64,000 nucleotides of DNA from Fimbriosthenelais zetlandica (taxonomy: Eukaryota), in NCBI GenBank assembly GCA_977030845.1, contig OZ365115.1, positions 18,042,001 through 18,106,000 on the forward strand, given 5' to 3'. The number at the start of each line of letters is the position of its first letter. Position 1 is the stretch's first letter. A program made the position numbers and the translations under genes. The notes under the pieces were generated by a model that saw nothing but the letters and a program-made list of their open reading frames with translations, made no database searches and was not told where the DNA came from. Positions 1 to 13,100 of this stretch are shown in pieces.

Positions 1-310
1 TCTTATTTGGTATTCAGATGTGCATTACCAAGAGTGCATAAAACCAAGAATGATGTTGATCTCATGGCACTTGACGCCAATGATGCCCTAAAAGCACATA
101 CCTCAGTGGTAGTATTGCAGCTATTTATCCATCAAAAATTAGGTATCGATCAGGTACCTAAGCAGAATGCAGTCCTATAAATAGAGGTTAAAAGATTATA
201 TTAATGTAAAACACAAGTTAGAGCTTCCATCTATGTTATGGTGCCAGCAATATCCCCATTGCAGAAGTTTAAGATGGCGGAAAAGTATTGCACAAGGCGG
301 GTTTGAGACA

Positions 311-457
311 ACCCTCGCAAATAAGTCTCCTAAGGGCGTCTCATCTCAGCTCAATTTTGAGATAGTACAAGACCCATGAATAACACCCACTTAAACCATC
401 TTAGTGCCGTCTTAAGTCAGTTTTTACCATTTGTTTGACTAATATTTGCGAGAGGGT
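311..457. repeat. Short imperfect inverted repeat, possible old MITE
   Basis: ACCCTCGCAAATAAGTC (311-327) versus GACTAATATTTGCGAGAGGGT (437-457). Confidence 0.45.
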
Positions 458-1418
458 GATACGACAGCCTTTCTGCCAGGCATCTCATACCTAAAAGATT
501 CTTTGATTAAGATACTATTAAGACAGAACTTTCGACAATGGCCCTATGCTACTTACATTTAGCTGATACATTTCCCTAGTAGTAGGGAAATGGGAGCCAG
601 ACGCTGGCAATAGAAATTTGAATTTAGCATCTACATTTACCTTCTGTCTTGTACATATAAGAGAAATATTTGAATGTTAAATCTATATAAAAAAGAAGCT
701 TGATGTCGCCCTTCACTTTTAAACATGAAACACTAATCCCAGACTATCATTTCAAGATGTTATCTATTGGGATTTCATTTCTATGATTCTATGATTTCAT
801 TTTAGATAGTTTCCATCCCATTTTGTGACCTGTTTGTGAGGATGAAGATAGTGCTTATAAATAAAGATAATATGGCTGAAAAATGATATTTGAGATTATA
901 TTAATGATGTGCGTCAAACCGAACATTAATTCATCGCAATCTGTTTGAGCATAGATTATGATTTCAGATTATGATTTCCCTGGCATGGTAGACTTCGGAA
1001 CTAGACCTGGTCAGATACATTTATGTAAAAAAAAATCTACATTTGTTGCAGTCAAAAAGAAGCTGAAAAACCTGCAAGTAGCCTATACTAGTATACTTGA
1101 AAGGCATCCCAGAAAGCAGAAATTAATAATGGACCAACCAGGCTCTCTGTATTTATAGGTATCGTCCATTCAAGTGTCTTGAAATGAACCTGATGGAGAT
1201 GGACAATAAAAGATGACAAGCCATCCATTATGTCCATACGTGTTCACCTCCCCCCTCTCTATCACATCCTCGGACATGTCTAATAGATTTCATCTCTGGA
1301 TCGGCAGGGGTTATGGGGGTGCACTCCAAGATGTTTTACTGGGGTGTATATACTGTATGTCTCATTGGGGTCACTCTGGTGAACTATAACTATACGGCTT
1401 TTTCAGGAATCTCATCAT

Positions 1419-1729
1419 TTTTTTTCTTAGAACTTTTATAGAGCCATATTATTGGTGAAGCCAGCTCACACTCTTCTTGATGATTAAAGTTTTACTTATG
1501 GTTTTCAGCTGGGGGCTCTTTATCTACGTGTACATCTACATTGCCTTCTGCGCAATGGATATTTTGGATATTTCTAGGTGCATATATGACATATATACAA
1601 CACACCAACTGAGGAGGGAGGTATTGGAAATACCTTGGCCAGCTCAGGGGATTGAACCACCGACTCTTCAATCATCGGTCAATCACGCTGTATGAGCTGG
1701 CGCTCTAACCAACAGAGCAAACTCCCGTC
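1419..1729 (-). mobile_element. tRNA-derived SINE, family A, near full length
   Basis: Minus strand reads GGGAGTTTGCTCTGTTGGTTAGAGCGCC (A-box-like) ... GGTTCAATCCCC (B box), then a body and an A-rich tail. The body is clearly homologous to 18308-18583. Confidence 0.8.
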
Positions 1730-2071
1730 ATATGCATGAAAATAGTATTGGAATTTTTTTTTTAAATTAAAGACACTTTTGGTGTACCATTAGATTAAAT
1801 GAATGTGTTGGAAATGATAATGTTGTGAGTGCCCCCCCAAGGCAGGGCCGGGCAGGGAAGGCTAGCTGGGAAGACCTATGACAGTTGCACGGGTTACTTC
1901 TCCTGTATATTGATGTGGCGCCATCCTGCGACCCATGATTGATCTGCGCCCGCAGGTCATGCCATTTACCCGCCCAGCGCCCAGGGGGCACCATCTGATT
2001 CCCATAAAACCATTTACAGATAGGTTATCCTTTACGGTGAGAGGGGGCGCAGCAGATCCCATCCAACAAAA

Positions 2072-2109
2072 CGTTTGTTATATTGAGCCTAGCGTTTGTT
2101 ATATTGAGC
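2072..2109 (+). repeat. Short tandem duplication (period 21)
   Basis: CGTTTGTTATATTGAGC at 2072-88 and 2093-2109. Confidence 0.9.
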
Positions 2110-2692
2110 TTGGGGATGGTTGGTAGGTAGGATCAGAATGAGGCGAAGAGGAGAAGGAGGAGGAAGAGGAAGGTTAGTAAACAAATAGAGATGAGGTGGT
2201 GTTATTATAGCTGATCCTTGAATATGGATGGGTTTCAAAAATGCATTATAGATCTTCTGTGAAAATAAGACTGAGATGTATATGTATGGATATGTGTAAG
2301 GAGTTAGGACTGTGCTTTCAAGATGCAGTCAGGTCTATATTTGACTTTTACATGTACCTAATTTAAGGATAATTAAGTTTATGAATAACACTGCCATTGC
2401 GAAAAAACATTGACCCCTTGTTGTCTGCTATTGCTATTAATTCTTTCAAACAATATGGATTTGGACTATCCTATGCAATTAAGCCTAAAAACCGGGCTAA
2501 AAACCAGTAGGTGTGGTCAACAAAATGAGGAAAACTCAGGCAAAAGTCAATTGCCCGAGTTTTAAGTGATTTATACCAGGCTCTGGTGACAAATTGCAAT
2601 ACAATCCCGAAGTTGAGCGAGCGATAATAGAGTAAAAATAGAAATGAGCCACACGGAGGCGGTGCCCGGTAATCTACACCCCTAATAAAGCC

Positions 2693-2831
2693 TCACGTGA
2701 CCCAGCCGGCAGCGCCCACTGGTGGTCTAAACAGGAAGCCGCATCCGGGACCTTTGTCGGGGATGCGTGACACGTGACTAGATGAGCCAGGAATTGTGGG
2801 ATTGGTTGGGGGAAGTCGATAACACTTCCGG
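2693..2831. promoter_or_regulatory. CpG-rich cis-regulatory island
   Basis: TCACGTGAC (2693), CTCF-like GCGCCCACTGGTGG (2712-25, 13/14 on minus), ACAGGAAG (2731), CACGTGAC (2771), ATTGG (2801), ACTTCCGG (2824). Confidence 0.45.
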
Positions 2832-3145
2832 TGGTTTGTCAGCATATTGGATTAACGTGATAACAGTGTCCAACACTGGGGCGTTAGATCAAATAGCAGG
2901 CCAGTATAGGGTAATAGATGCTAATCAGTGAATGAGTCACCAGGCAACCACCCCAAGGCAAGGTACTCTTTAGTGAATATATACTTATACATATTCCCCA
3001 TCATTGACATCTTGGTCCTAGGAAAAAAGGTCTGCCATATAGCCTCAAATAATCTCAGGTAGGGCTAAAAATTGATGAAACCTTGCCCAAAATGAAACCT
3101 TCTTACAGCAACAAGTGAAGCCTAAACCATGAAGATATCGAGAGA

Positions 3146-3937
3146 CTAGACATATTCACACAGCTTAAACAAACGCTTCTTTCGCTCCATTCCAATCCTG
3201 ATGACTTTACTTAACTCTAGTAGTACGTTGGTGTTCAGCACATCATCTCCAAGGACAACACTATGGTCTTTATCTTGCGTACTATCTTTGTCGTTTTAAA
3301 ACAGTATACCGTCAATGTGATATCATCAGAGGCCGTTTGCACCAATTCCGGGTGTGACAGTCAAAATAATACTTCCTCAGAGGTGCAATAATATGGAGGC
3401 TGCACTGTACTGGCTGCACCCGTTTTTGGCTCTCATTCTGCAGGAGGAATGAACTGATTGGTACTTGGCTTGCTATCTTACATGTATACTTCCTTCAGGT
3501 CGGGATGTCACTCCACGGTTGTGTTTAATCTGTCATAGACAGTGCCTGAATACGTGATGTGACCGACTGCTTGAACATGCAGCTTGTGAACCACCAATGG
3601 ACTCCTAATATAGGAGCTTTAAGCAATGGTCACACCCACATACATTTGTCTTTTTGAACTGGAATAATTATTGACTTAAGTGACATAGAGCAGAACCGAA
3701 TACTGATCAAAGCTAAAAGGAAAAGAGCTGTGCGATCAGCCACCGGTCCTGAAGGTTATAATATCTTTTCAATATTCTTCTCTTTCCTCCTTTTGGAGAT
3801 CGATTTTAACAAGTTCATGTCATCAATGGCTACTTATTGATTGAGGATTTGACAGTCTGCTTCAACCTTGACATTGGCCAACATTCCACTATTGACTTCA
3901 TTCTCGCACCAATACACAAGAGAACATGGTCGGCCAT
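3146..3937 (-). pseudogene. Possible decayed coding relic
   Basis: Starts CAAGATGGCCGAC (ATG at 3937). Stop-interrupted protein-like frames, the best being 49 open codons NDKDSTQDKDHSVVLGDDVLNTNVLLELSKVIRIGMERKKRLFKLCEYV (3295-3149). Confidence 0.2.
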
Positions 3938-4697
3938 CTTGGTTTTTTTTCAATCTATATCCTGGTCTACCCAAGAGATTCTGGAATACCATCCAATATA
4001 AGGGGATCAGAAAGAGGCATGAAGAAGATAGACATTAGATATTAGAATCTATAGCTAAAATATTTGATGTGTTTTCCTTATAGGAGATATTTCAAACTTT
4101 TCTACGTCAAGATTGAAAGCTAAACCATCTACCAACAAAACTCTAAAGGGAACATCACTTTCAAATATGTCTCTAGACACTTACAATATCAAAATGGTAT
4201 AGGAATTGCAATCCTTGATATATAAGACATTCTATAGCTATAGCTCCCTCTCTCAAATATATGGCTTTGCCCAAAATGTCTCGGGTATCAAAAAATTGAT
4301 GGCTAAGCTAAGTATGAAACATGTGTTAAGGTTTTCACTGCAAGAGTAAAGAGGCAAACATGGCATGACCAGTATCTGTGTGAGGGTGAACAGGACTGGA
4401 ATATAGCCTATATAGCTATCATGGCAACCATAATAAAAACTTTATTATCCTACTACTTGGGATGCTGGAGACGAAGATGGTTTGACTCAGCCTCCAAGTA
4501 AGCAGCATGTATATATACATACATGCTTGCTAGTCATAGAGTGACTTGAGGGGCCTGTTTCTGAACAAGGATTAGCAAGTCTATTGGAAATTTATACGCT
4601 GAAACAGACCCCAGATAGGGCTATAAATTTTATACATTTAAAGTTACAAGTTACAAAAATGCATTAATAGTATACAACAACCCCTCATAAACCTCTA

Positions 4698-4880
4698 CAC
4701 TCTAAGAAAAAAGGGTTCTTTGGGGTTCTTCAAAGGTGCGTTCCAGAACCCCACGGTTCTTTGTGGAACTTTGGGGTTCTTCGAGGCGAAAAAAGCTTCT
4801 TGGAAAAAAAACAGGGTTCTTGAAAGAACCATCAGGGTTCTTCAGCCATTTTGGGTTCTTGCGCAACACTTAAGGTTCTT
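4698..4880 (+). mobile_element. Single end of a CMC/EnSpm-like non-autonomous element with GGTTCT subterminal repeats
   Basis: Begins CACTCTAAGAAAAAAGGGTTC, followed by 8 direct GGTTCT and 2 inverted AGAACC units. A CACT-type terminus with subterminal repeats is typical of CMC-EnSpm. No matching right end seen. Confidence 0.5.
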
Positions 4881-5558
4881 AGTAGTTGCATCATTATTAC
4901 AAGGAAGGAAATCGAAATTGTAGTTCGCAATTTCAGCTTATATTTGGGTCAGACCTCGGACCTCTAACCAGCAAACGCCTATTGGATGTGCGTGCTTGAT
5001 TGCCTGGCCAGTCATGACCAGTGCATGGTGACCATGTCCTACTAACCATGCCTGTCTATGACCACAGGGTGAGGAAGATGACCCTTAAGGGTCGAAGGAC
5101 GAAACCATTAAATCACAACCTTGGATGACTCCTTGCTCGCGGGGGTCTCTGGGTCACAGGACCTGGATCATCTCGTTCTTCACCCAGTTAGTCGACCCTG
5201 AACCTCTGTTGTGATAGTTTAATGTGACGATTAAGTGGCTCGTAATTTGTCAAGGAACGGACTCGACCCCGCCTCCTTCTCTCCACCCACGACCTTCCCA
5301 TACAAACAAGTGTTTTAATCTTCTGCCTCCATTGCTAAAATATCCTCCTTTAGCTCTATCGATCATGGCTGAAATGACTCTTAGCGATGGCTGATTAGCG
5401 GCTCTGTCATTTAATAATCAATGGCCAATGACTGCATTTAAGACAGGACAAAGAAATGGGTATTAATGGTCTTGATGGGGCAAAGGGTCTTTCATTTAGC
5501 AGGGGGATTTTCGCAGAGAAAAGGGAGTAAATTCGGGGTCGTCAGGTTCACGGCAATC

Positions 5559-5613
5559 ACTTCCGGCCGAACAGGCAGTCGGTAAAGCAAGGTGGCGCGT
5601 GTAATGACGTCAT
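5559..5613. promoter_or_regulatory. ETS + CRE island
   Basis: ACTTCCGG (5559-66) and ATGACGTCAT (5604-13) in a locally CpG-rich patch. Confidence 0.35.
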
Positions 5614-6359
5614 AAGTCGAGCAGAGGACTTTGAAGAGAATGGATGATTCTTCCCCGGCGTGAATTAAATCACCCACTTGTTGGTAAGAGTGCACATGCG
5701 TGACTCCATCCATTTAGGTCTTCATTAGGGGCAGGGCTTGGGGTAAATAAACAACGGGGAACACACCAATTAGTGGCCAAGAGTCACATAGCCTAGACTT
5801 GGCGGCAACAAGCCAGGAGGTTGGGGAAATCGAGTAGTTTATAAATGGCCGATCTGATTCGGTTAGGATATCACTGAATAGTCATAATCTAGTAAATTAT
5901 GATGTGGCATTCAGGACTATCGGGTTTATATTCAGTACATAAAAGCTATTATCATATGGACCATAGATTCACGATAGAGTCATTCAGATTGGACTTTTAA
6001 TCTATTTCGACTGTACATATAACCTAACTTATATGCTGAGATTGATGTATTATAATGAAAGCTATACGATGCTATACCTTTGCTCATGATGCTAGGTATT
6101 GACCTAGCAGACTGCGTTAATTAGCAGTTAAAGCAGGTGGCTCACATTTATTCTCAAGCCACTTCCGGTAGCTGGTTATTTCATGAATGGCGTTTGGTTA
6201 TTGATCACGAAGTTGGGACTGAAGTCTGTGGCTCTGGGAATACAAGTGTTGCTAAAACACGGTCACAAATATGGCCGTTTCTAATTAAGTCCTTGGCTCA
6301 GAGTCATATAGGTAAAAAAAATTCTTTTCAGTCTGGGCCAAAATGAGCCAAATCTGTAA

Positions 6360-6507
6360 GGGTTTCCAACATGAGTTTTTTTTTCAATATCGAAGTTTTT
6401 GTTTGCTGAATGATCCCAAAATATAAAAAGGCTTAGGGTTCCTCTAATGCACTATCAACATGCACGGTACTTTAGAAATGTGGTAAACCTCATGACATTC
6501 CCTTTAA
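6360..6507 (-). mobile_element. Kolobok-like MITE end (TTAA-flanked)
   Basis: Ends ...CATGACATTCCCT|TTAA (reads TTAA AGGGAATGTCATG on minus). Partner end not found, so the inner boundary is approximate. Confidence 0.3.
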
Positions 6508-9500
6508 CTTCGCAAGCAATTTTTGACCTCTTCCAACTAGATAGGTTACCCTTGGGATCACCAACCTTTTCCTCGCCCGGAGCCAACAACCTCCAGGTGA
6601 AATACATGATCTGAGCATGCGCAATGCCATGCCACGTTGCCATCCATAACTGAAGAAGTCAGAGGCTCAGCCAATTAGCATCGACTACTCTATGTAGCCA
6701 ACTCACACCACTCGCATGACTACTTCAAGCTCATTGTGTCAAGAAAAACAGACTGATAAAGTTAAGGAATTGGTTACTTTTATTTTAAATTAGTTTTATT
6801 TTACTTTTTCTTTAATTTCTACTCCTGGTCTTGGTATTATTTCAACATTAACTTCTTGAATGGAAGGAAAACTTGAATGGGATTTTATAAAACATTTGTA
6901 AGGAAATTACAAAGTAACATAGCTTCAGTTAACGAAAATGTATTATTTCATTAGTAGTTAATTTCCAAATTTTAGTAGTTGAATCCGAGCGTGAGATACC
7001 ACCCATTGGTTCCATAGTTTATTTAATTACTCCTACCCAACATTATCTATGAATCATTTCCCTTTTGCAAAAGTGCTGCCAACAATGAATGTGGATCCAA
7101 TACAAATCCAAGTACTTTGCCATCTTGTAATAAACTATAGCTTTTATTTTCCTAAGGAGTCGCATCCATTCACGCAAAGGCAGGCTTTCATTGCACAGAG
7201 CACTACAAAGACATAAAGTATCAAGGAATATTAACTGTCACCCACACTTCTCTTGTTTTCGTTCACCATTAGTGATTGCTTCAATGTCTAGAGACATCCA
7301 CCTTAAATACCTTCTATCCTTATATATCTGGCGCCATTTTCCAAGCACAATTATTCAGTATTCCCCGTGCTGGGTTTAATTGGATACTGTGTAAGCACAG
7401 CTTTATTGTTTCCACTTGTCCAATTAGGGATCGCAGGGAGAGTCCCTATTGGGCCTTTCAATGTTGGCAAAGAATCAAGACAATACTAGATAAGCTTTGT
7501 TGTGAATATACTTGTGGGAGGATACATAGAAGGGAATACTTGCTAAGTGGGAATGCATATATAGTACCTGTATACTTAGCCAGGCCTTGGTAATGCCGTG
7601 TTGGCTATATCTGTTTTAAACATGAGAAGGGCGAGCAAAGGTGTGAGAAACCTCTGTTGTTTAGACACCTTCATCCCAGCTTAGAAAGGTCTCAGGATTC
7701 TCCTGGGTATCCCCAAGGAACTCCCGAGGGAATCCCCCTGGCTACATCACTTACACTTGCTCATGCGAGCAGCTCATTATGGTACTGCCCCTTGGTGGAG
7801 AAGATGGTGGGCAGTGGGCAGTTGGGAGCAGTATATGGTCTTGCCCATGCAGGGAGACTGCTGGCCATGACTCGATAAGAAGTCAAATTACATCAGGGCT
7901 TCAAGCCACCCTTCAGTCCACTTTACTAATGTACTCCGCACATAGAAAGAGGTGTACCCCCACGCTTGTCTCCTGCAAGATTAGCTCTTTGACAGTGTCC
8001 ATCAACACTATAAGTCCCAATGCTTTGTTATCTGATACTCCCTCTCTGGAATTGGCTTATATACTTATCATATATATATGCATCTTAAACTTCAGGCATA
8101 TTTTCCATAAATGACGTAAAAGAAATCGATTCCAAGGCATGACCAAGCAAGTAGATTTAGCCTGTATAGCCATCAAAAGGTCAGATGCCTTTCAGTTACT
8201 GAAACTTTCAACAGTTGTTGAGTTGTTGCAAAACATTTGAGTATGACTTTCAAGTACAAGGTCAACATACAAGAACTAACAATTGAATCCTATCATCAAC
8301 CTCTGTCAGGCATGCATTGTTCAAAGAGAAACATCCTGATCAAGTCATTAACCTGTTGTACCAGAGGGACGACAGATGTTAAAGACACTGCGTGAAAAGA
8401 TTTGTACCTTATTGTCCTGCACCCAATACCTTATTTAATTGCCACTTAGTCTTTGTCAGCTCCCGTCTCCATGGCCTTGGACCAATCTCTCACCCATCGG
8501 TCCAGGCTAATTTCCCGACGAATCTGTATTTGACTGAAACAAGATGGATGAGGCAGTACCGGATTGTAAGCTTGATGTTGCTAGCCGGATTCTCCTTTCT
8601 ATTTCCTAAACAGACTCCCAGACCTTGCTGGCCCGGCTATCCGAGTGGAATAGGGAATCAGTTCCAGGCCTGCATCAAAATACCTACAATTGTTTTCCTT
8701 CTTTTTCATTTGTGTTTGTTTATAAAGCTGTGGAAAAGTCAATATAGACTTGGAATAACAACCTCGAACATCATACAAAGTTCGATGATGCACTACATCA
8801 TGTTATTAGTATCGTGGCCATAGATCGAAAAACTGCAGCATTGTAATTTAGTTAACTAGTGCCTTACAAAAGCCTTCAACGTGACATATTAAAGTCCCAT
8901 TATTTATCTATTATTGACAAATGACTGCCTTCCTTCAATGTCTCCTGACTTCATTGAACCCAAAAAATATTTGCAACCCTTAAATAATCTTTCCGTCAGT
9001 AGAGGACTTCTGACTGTCTAATTTCACCAATCTTAACCAGATTGATGGCAAAACATTTTGCCAAATTCATTTAAATTTAAAACTGACTAATTGCTGGGTT
9101 AAATCCTGTTGCATCCGAAGGCAGGAAAAGGAGAGGCAAGCAGCTTGCTCAGCTGAGATAGGTGTGTTCCATTTGCTCTGGATGTGGGCCTGATTAAGCT
9201 TGTCGTCCAGTAGAAGAATTAAGCCTTTCACTGTCAGATAGGAAGTAAATTCGGGTAATGACCTGGCCAATTCTAATTAGACTGGTTTTGTCATTAACTT
9301 ATAGTCCTAGGTACAGAATTTTTTTAGCAGAATGAGCAGGAGGCAAGTCATCGGTATGTAAACCAGAATGACTCTATAATGACTCTGTATTGACAATGCT
9401 ATATGACAGACAGTCCATTATGCCTGAATTCAATATATTCATTATGGGCATCAACATATATAGGAAGCTGTTGTTTTCTGCTAGCAATAAAATAGGAACC

Positions 9501-9942
9501 AGGAAAAGAATGTACCCCAAGCAAAAGTGGATATATAAGAAGCATTAGAGCAATCTTGCAGGAAATGTAAATGGATATTATCAGACTAAAAACCGAAGCT
9601 CTGTTGTGCCTGAAAAAATAACTGAATGCCTAGATTTAATGTACTGCGCAAGGCTTCTAGAGCCGGTGAAGAAAATGTTCTATCATGCTCACCGAGGAGG
9701 GAACCAATCCATCCACTTATCACAAAAGTCCCATCAATTTTCCATGGGTACACTTTCGCCCACAGAGCACTGCCCGCCACGTCTTCGCTAGTGACAGGTC
9801 AAATCTAACAGGTCCTGAATTTCGTGGACGAGAATATTACTGAGGGCCTACCACTTGGCTTTTGGGAGTGCCTTAAAGATCACATGGTCCCTAGTGTCCC
9901 CGCTGCTCTGTAGGTGGAGCCTCAATCTTGTGCCACTCCCCA

Positions 9943-10135
9943 CCACCCCCTAGTGGTCAAGGCCGGTAACACGTATGAATACAATGGAAATGAGCGCCAT
10001 CTATGAGCCATCCATCTTGGCTCGTACCCAGGAGGAGACATGCGCCGTCTGGTGGGCCTTGAAGTCACGTGACGCATGACACAATGATGGGATGCGGGAA
10101 TGATATTAGCCTCCAGTTTGGCCACCAGGGGGCCG
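9943..10135. promoter_or_regulatory. Cluster of CTCF-like motifs plus GTCACGTGAC E-box
   Basis: 13/14 matches to CCASYAGRKGGCRS at 9943-9956 (-), 10042-10055 (-) and 10122-10135 (+). Weaker match at 9994-10007 (-). GTCACGTGAC at 10064-10073. Confidence 0.5.
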
Positions 10136-13100
10136 TGGTATACCACCAGCAGGAGACTTATGCAGCTTCTAAAGAGGAGCATGATAGGAAGCATGGTCTT
10201 CATAAAATGTCCTGCTTTAAGAGTCTCTCTCTATATAGGCTTTACTATGAAGAAAGGCGTACTGCACAGGGTAAAAGGAATCACTCGGAGATAGATAAAT
10301 AAACACCAATAGTGATTTTAGAACTGATATGATGAGGAATCTTCTTCATGATCAATAGAGATTGATACCACAGCTCTAAAGAAAGCTGGGAGGTTTAGCA
10401 AAATTAGAATAGCTATTAACTGACCACAAACATGCTAACAATGAGCCTGTTTGCCTCTTGAGAATCGCCTGGTTTGATAAATGGGACATGAAGGGTGGGG
10501 ATGCGATTCATCTGGTCGCTTTCACTCTTTTTTCCTTCCTCATCACAAAATGGCATTTCCATAGACAATTCAGAGCAGTGAGAGCGGCTGGTTTTATGGC
10601 TGCTGCCGGAATGGGCCTCAGTTATGAGGTGTGGAACGCAAGATGTTTTGCCCTAACTGAGAGGAAAAATATAGCCATGTAACCTCTAATATTTATAGGA
10701 CTACATACTGCCACTCACTAGTGGCTGGGTGATTGCTGTTAACTTCTTTAATCAATGAGTTGACAGTTTCTCATTATCCCTGACTACATGGCAAGATCTG
10801 AGGAGAGGTTGGAGAACAGGAGAATCCCCTTAGAACTCGACCACCACCCGGCTTCATCTCGTGAGACTTAGGGACGGAGGCGAGACCTGGCAATATTATT
10901 AGATAGCACTTTTTTCAGCTCAAGCACTCCACGCAAACAGAAATGAAATGCAAATCGCGTTAGTTCTCTATGCTTCTAATCCAATATCGTCTGCTCGTCG
11001 GCCATCTTTATTGGGTGCACTCTATGATCGATATGTTTCCAATATAAGGGGGCACCCTTGTTGAGGTGGCCAGGCTAGTGCGGTAAGAGGTGCAAGGCCA
11101 CTTGACAATATGGCAGCAAGCTCGTGGAATGCTATTGCCCATCTGAGGAGTCTCCATTACAAGCATTCTCATTGGTTATGTGAGGGATCCCAGCTGTCAT
11201 ATCCTCAACCATAATCCGTCTCACTCCCTCTCACCTCGACCGGAAGATGCGACTCTGCCATCCTCTTTTGGCAGATGATGAAAACGAAGGCGCAGTAATC
11301 CACATTGTGTATGGGTAGAAAGGCCATGTCTCAGATGCCATAGATGTGGGGTGTTTATGTGCTTCTATCTTCCAAATCCCGACCAGGAACCGACATAGTC
11401 AGCCCTCGTATCTATTGCCATGCCAACATGGGAGTGGCCGAGATCTGAGAGGAAGAGTAGGGAAAAAGTCCTTGAAGAGCTGCGCAAGTCCTTCTGCACA
11501 CATTATGATCTGAGAATGCCGATGCACAAACGTGTCGGACTAATCTCGGTATTTTTTGAATAGGAAATTATTACAATCTAATCCCAGGCGTAAGCTGCTT
11601 AACAAGAACACCAATGGTGCAGTCCTCGTCAAGCGCATATCCCAGTAAGCAGATTGATTACTGTGGTCTTCATATTTCCCTGTAAACTTGATAGGTTTTC
11701 CACAAATCTACCAGTGGCTTTATGACACATGCAAAGGGAGGATAAACTGAGCCAGATCAAAGTGATCATTTCCAATAAGACTAGCGTTCAATCTCTTTAG
11801 ATGAATTTAGAACTGCTGCAGTCGAATAGTACCATCCATAACTATTAAATGGCGATTACTATCAAGAGCGAATAAATACTTAGGAAAGACTGAACGTTAG
11901 CTACATTTGATAAATGGGAGACATACAATAGAGTAGAACTATGACTATTTATGTGGGGCATGATTGTTCTGTAGGCCTGCCTATTCTTTGTCTCAAATCT
12001 CAAGTGAGCATTCTTCACTCTTGAAGAGGTGTATTCTCAATGAGGGTAAATAGTGGCATCGGGTTACCATGCATTTCAAGACAATCCTTATAGTGAGCTG
12101 AATAATAGCAAGTAAAAATGTACATCCATGAAATTGCCTTCCATGAATTGGAGGAAACATTATCTGCTAGAAACAGGAGAGCGAAGGCTAATATCTTTCA
12201 AGCATTGCCATGGAACCAATATTATTGTTCACAGTGGTCCTGTCATTCTCTATTCTTCATTTTAAATGTTTTTTTTCTGGGGATTTCTAAAGTAGGAAGT
12301 GTGGCATTGCTCCAGCATCTCATCATCAGGAAAGCAATTAGAAAAATCACTTTTTGTCTACCGCATGAATACCACATTAGCCACACCAATGTTGATTTCC
12401 CAGAATAACTGCATCAAAACTTATTAATCTATATACAAACATCTTTTACTTTAGCAGTTTAATCAGTCTATTTTGTATACTAAAAGTTTGGAAAAGTAAG
12501 TACTGAGTTTCTCTTAAAGGAATAATACTATTTTGTCTTTGGATAGGGAGTAGAAAATTAGAAAAGCTGTCTGAGAAGAAAGTCAGCAAAAGGCTGATTG
12601 TTGGAGGGCTATATACCCTCTCTGTCCATGGAGAGAGAGAGGTCTTCTTTGGCTTGTAATTCATCTAGAAGGTTGGGGCTGCTTGACTGGAGAATCCCCA
12701 CAGTAAAAGTAGTACTGTATTGGTGCTAGTGATTAGTATGTAATGCGTTTAGCTGGGTCCTCTGTATTCATCCGTGCAGTGACCTGTAGCCCTGGTTTGC
12801 CTACCACCATTCCTGTGGGACAGCCACCATTTTGGAAGTCCGGATCTTCTTCCCTTCTTCCCACTCCAAATTAGCCAGCACTAAAATGGCTGTCTCGCGA
12901 TTAGTCGTTGGAGATAATTCACCACGTGAATTCACGCAGGCACTGACATTGGCCCCCTGCTTAATTGATGCATGGGGCGCAGTGATATAGGGCGACCTGT
13001 GGTGTGATCCGCCGGATGAGTCGACGATGTGCTTGCTCGCGCAGCAAATGGCGCTGAATTCTCGCGGCGCGTGACCTGACTGGCGTGGTTTGATGAGACG

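Noticed and set aside
569-592. 10-bp stem hairpin CATTTCCCTA-GTAG-TAGGGAAATG as a Helitron 3' end
   Set aside because: No CTRR terminus at the expected distance on either strand.
6552-6585. hAT-Charlie-like left end (GGGATCACCAACCTTTT)
   Set aside because: No matching right end or TSD found.
7680-7745. FLGDTQENPETFL, resembling a Gypsy gag N-terminus
   Set aside because: Single short motif; no LTRs, PBS or pol nearby.
11100-11330. Minus-frame LPIH and AIAFHELAAI resembling DIRS/Ngaro RT and RNase H motifs
   Set aside because: Motif spacing is far too short for a real pol and there are many stops; cannot be supported without a profile search.
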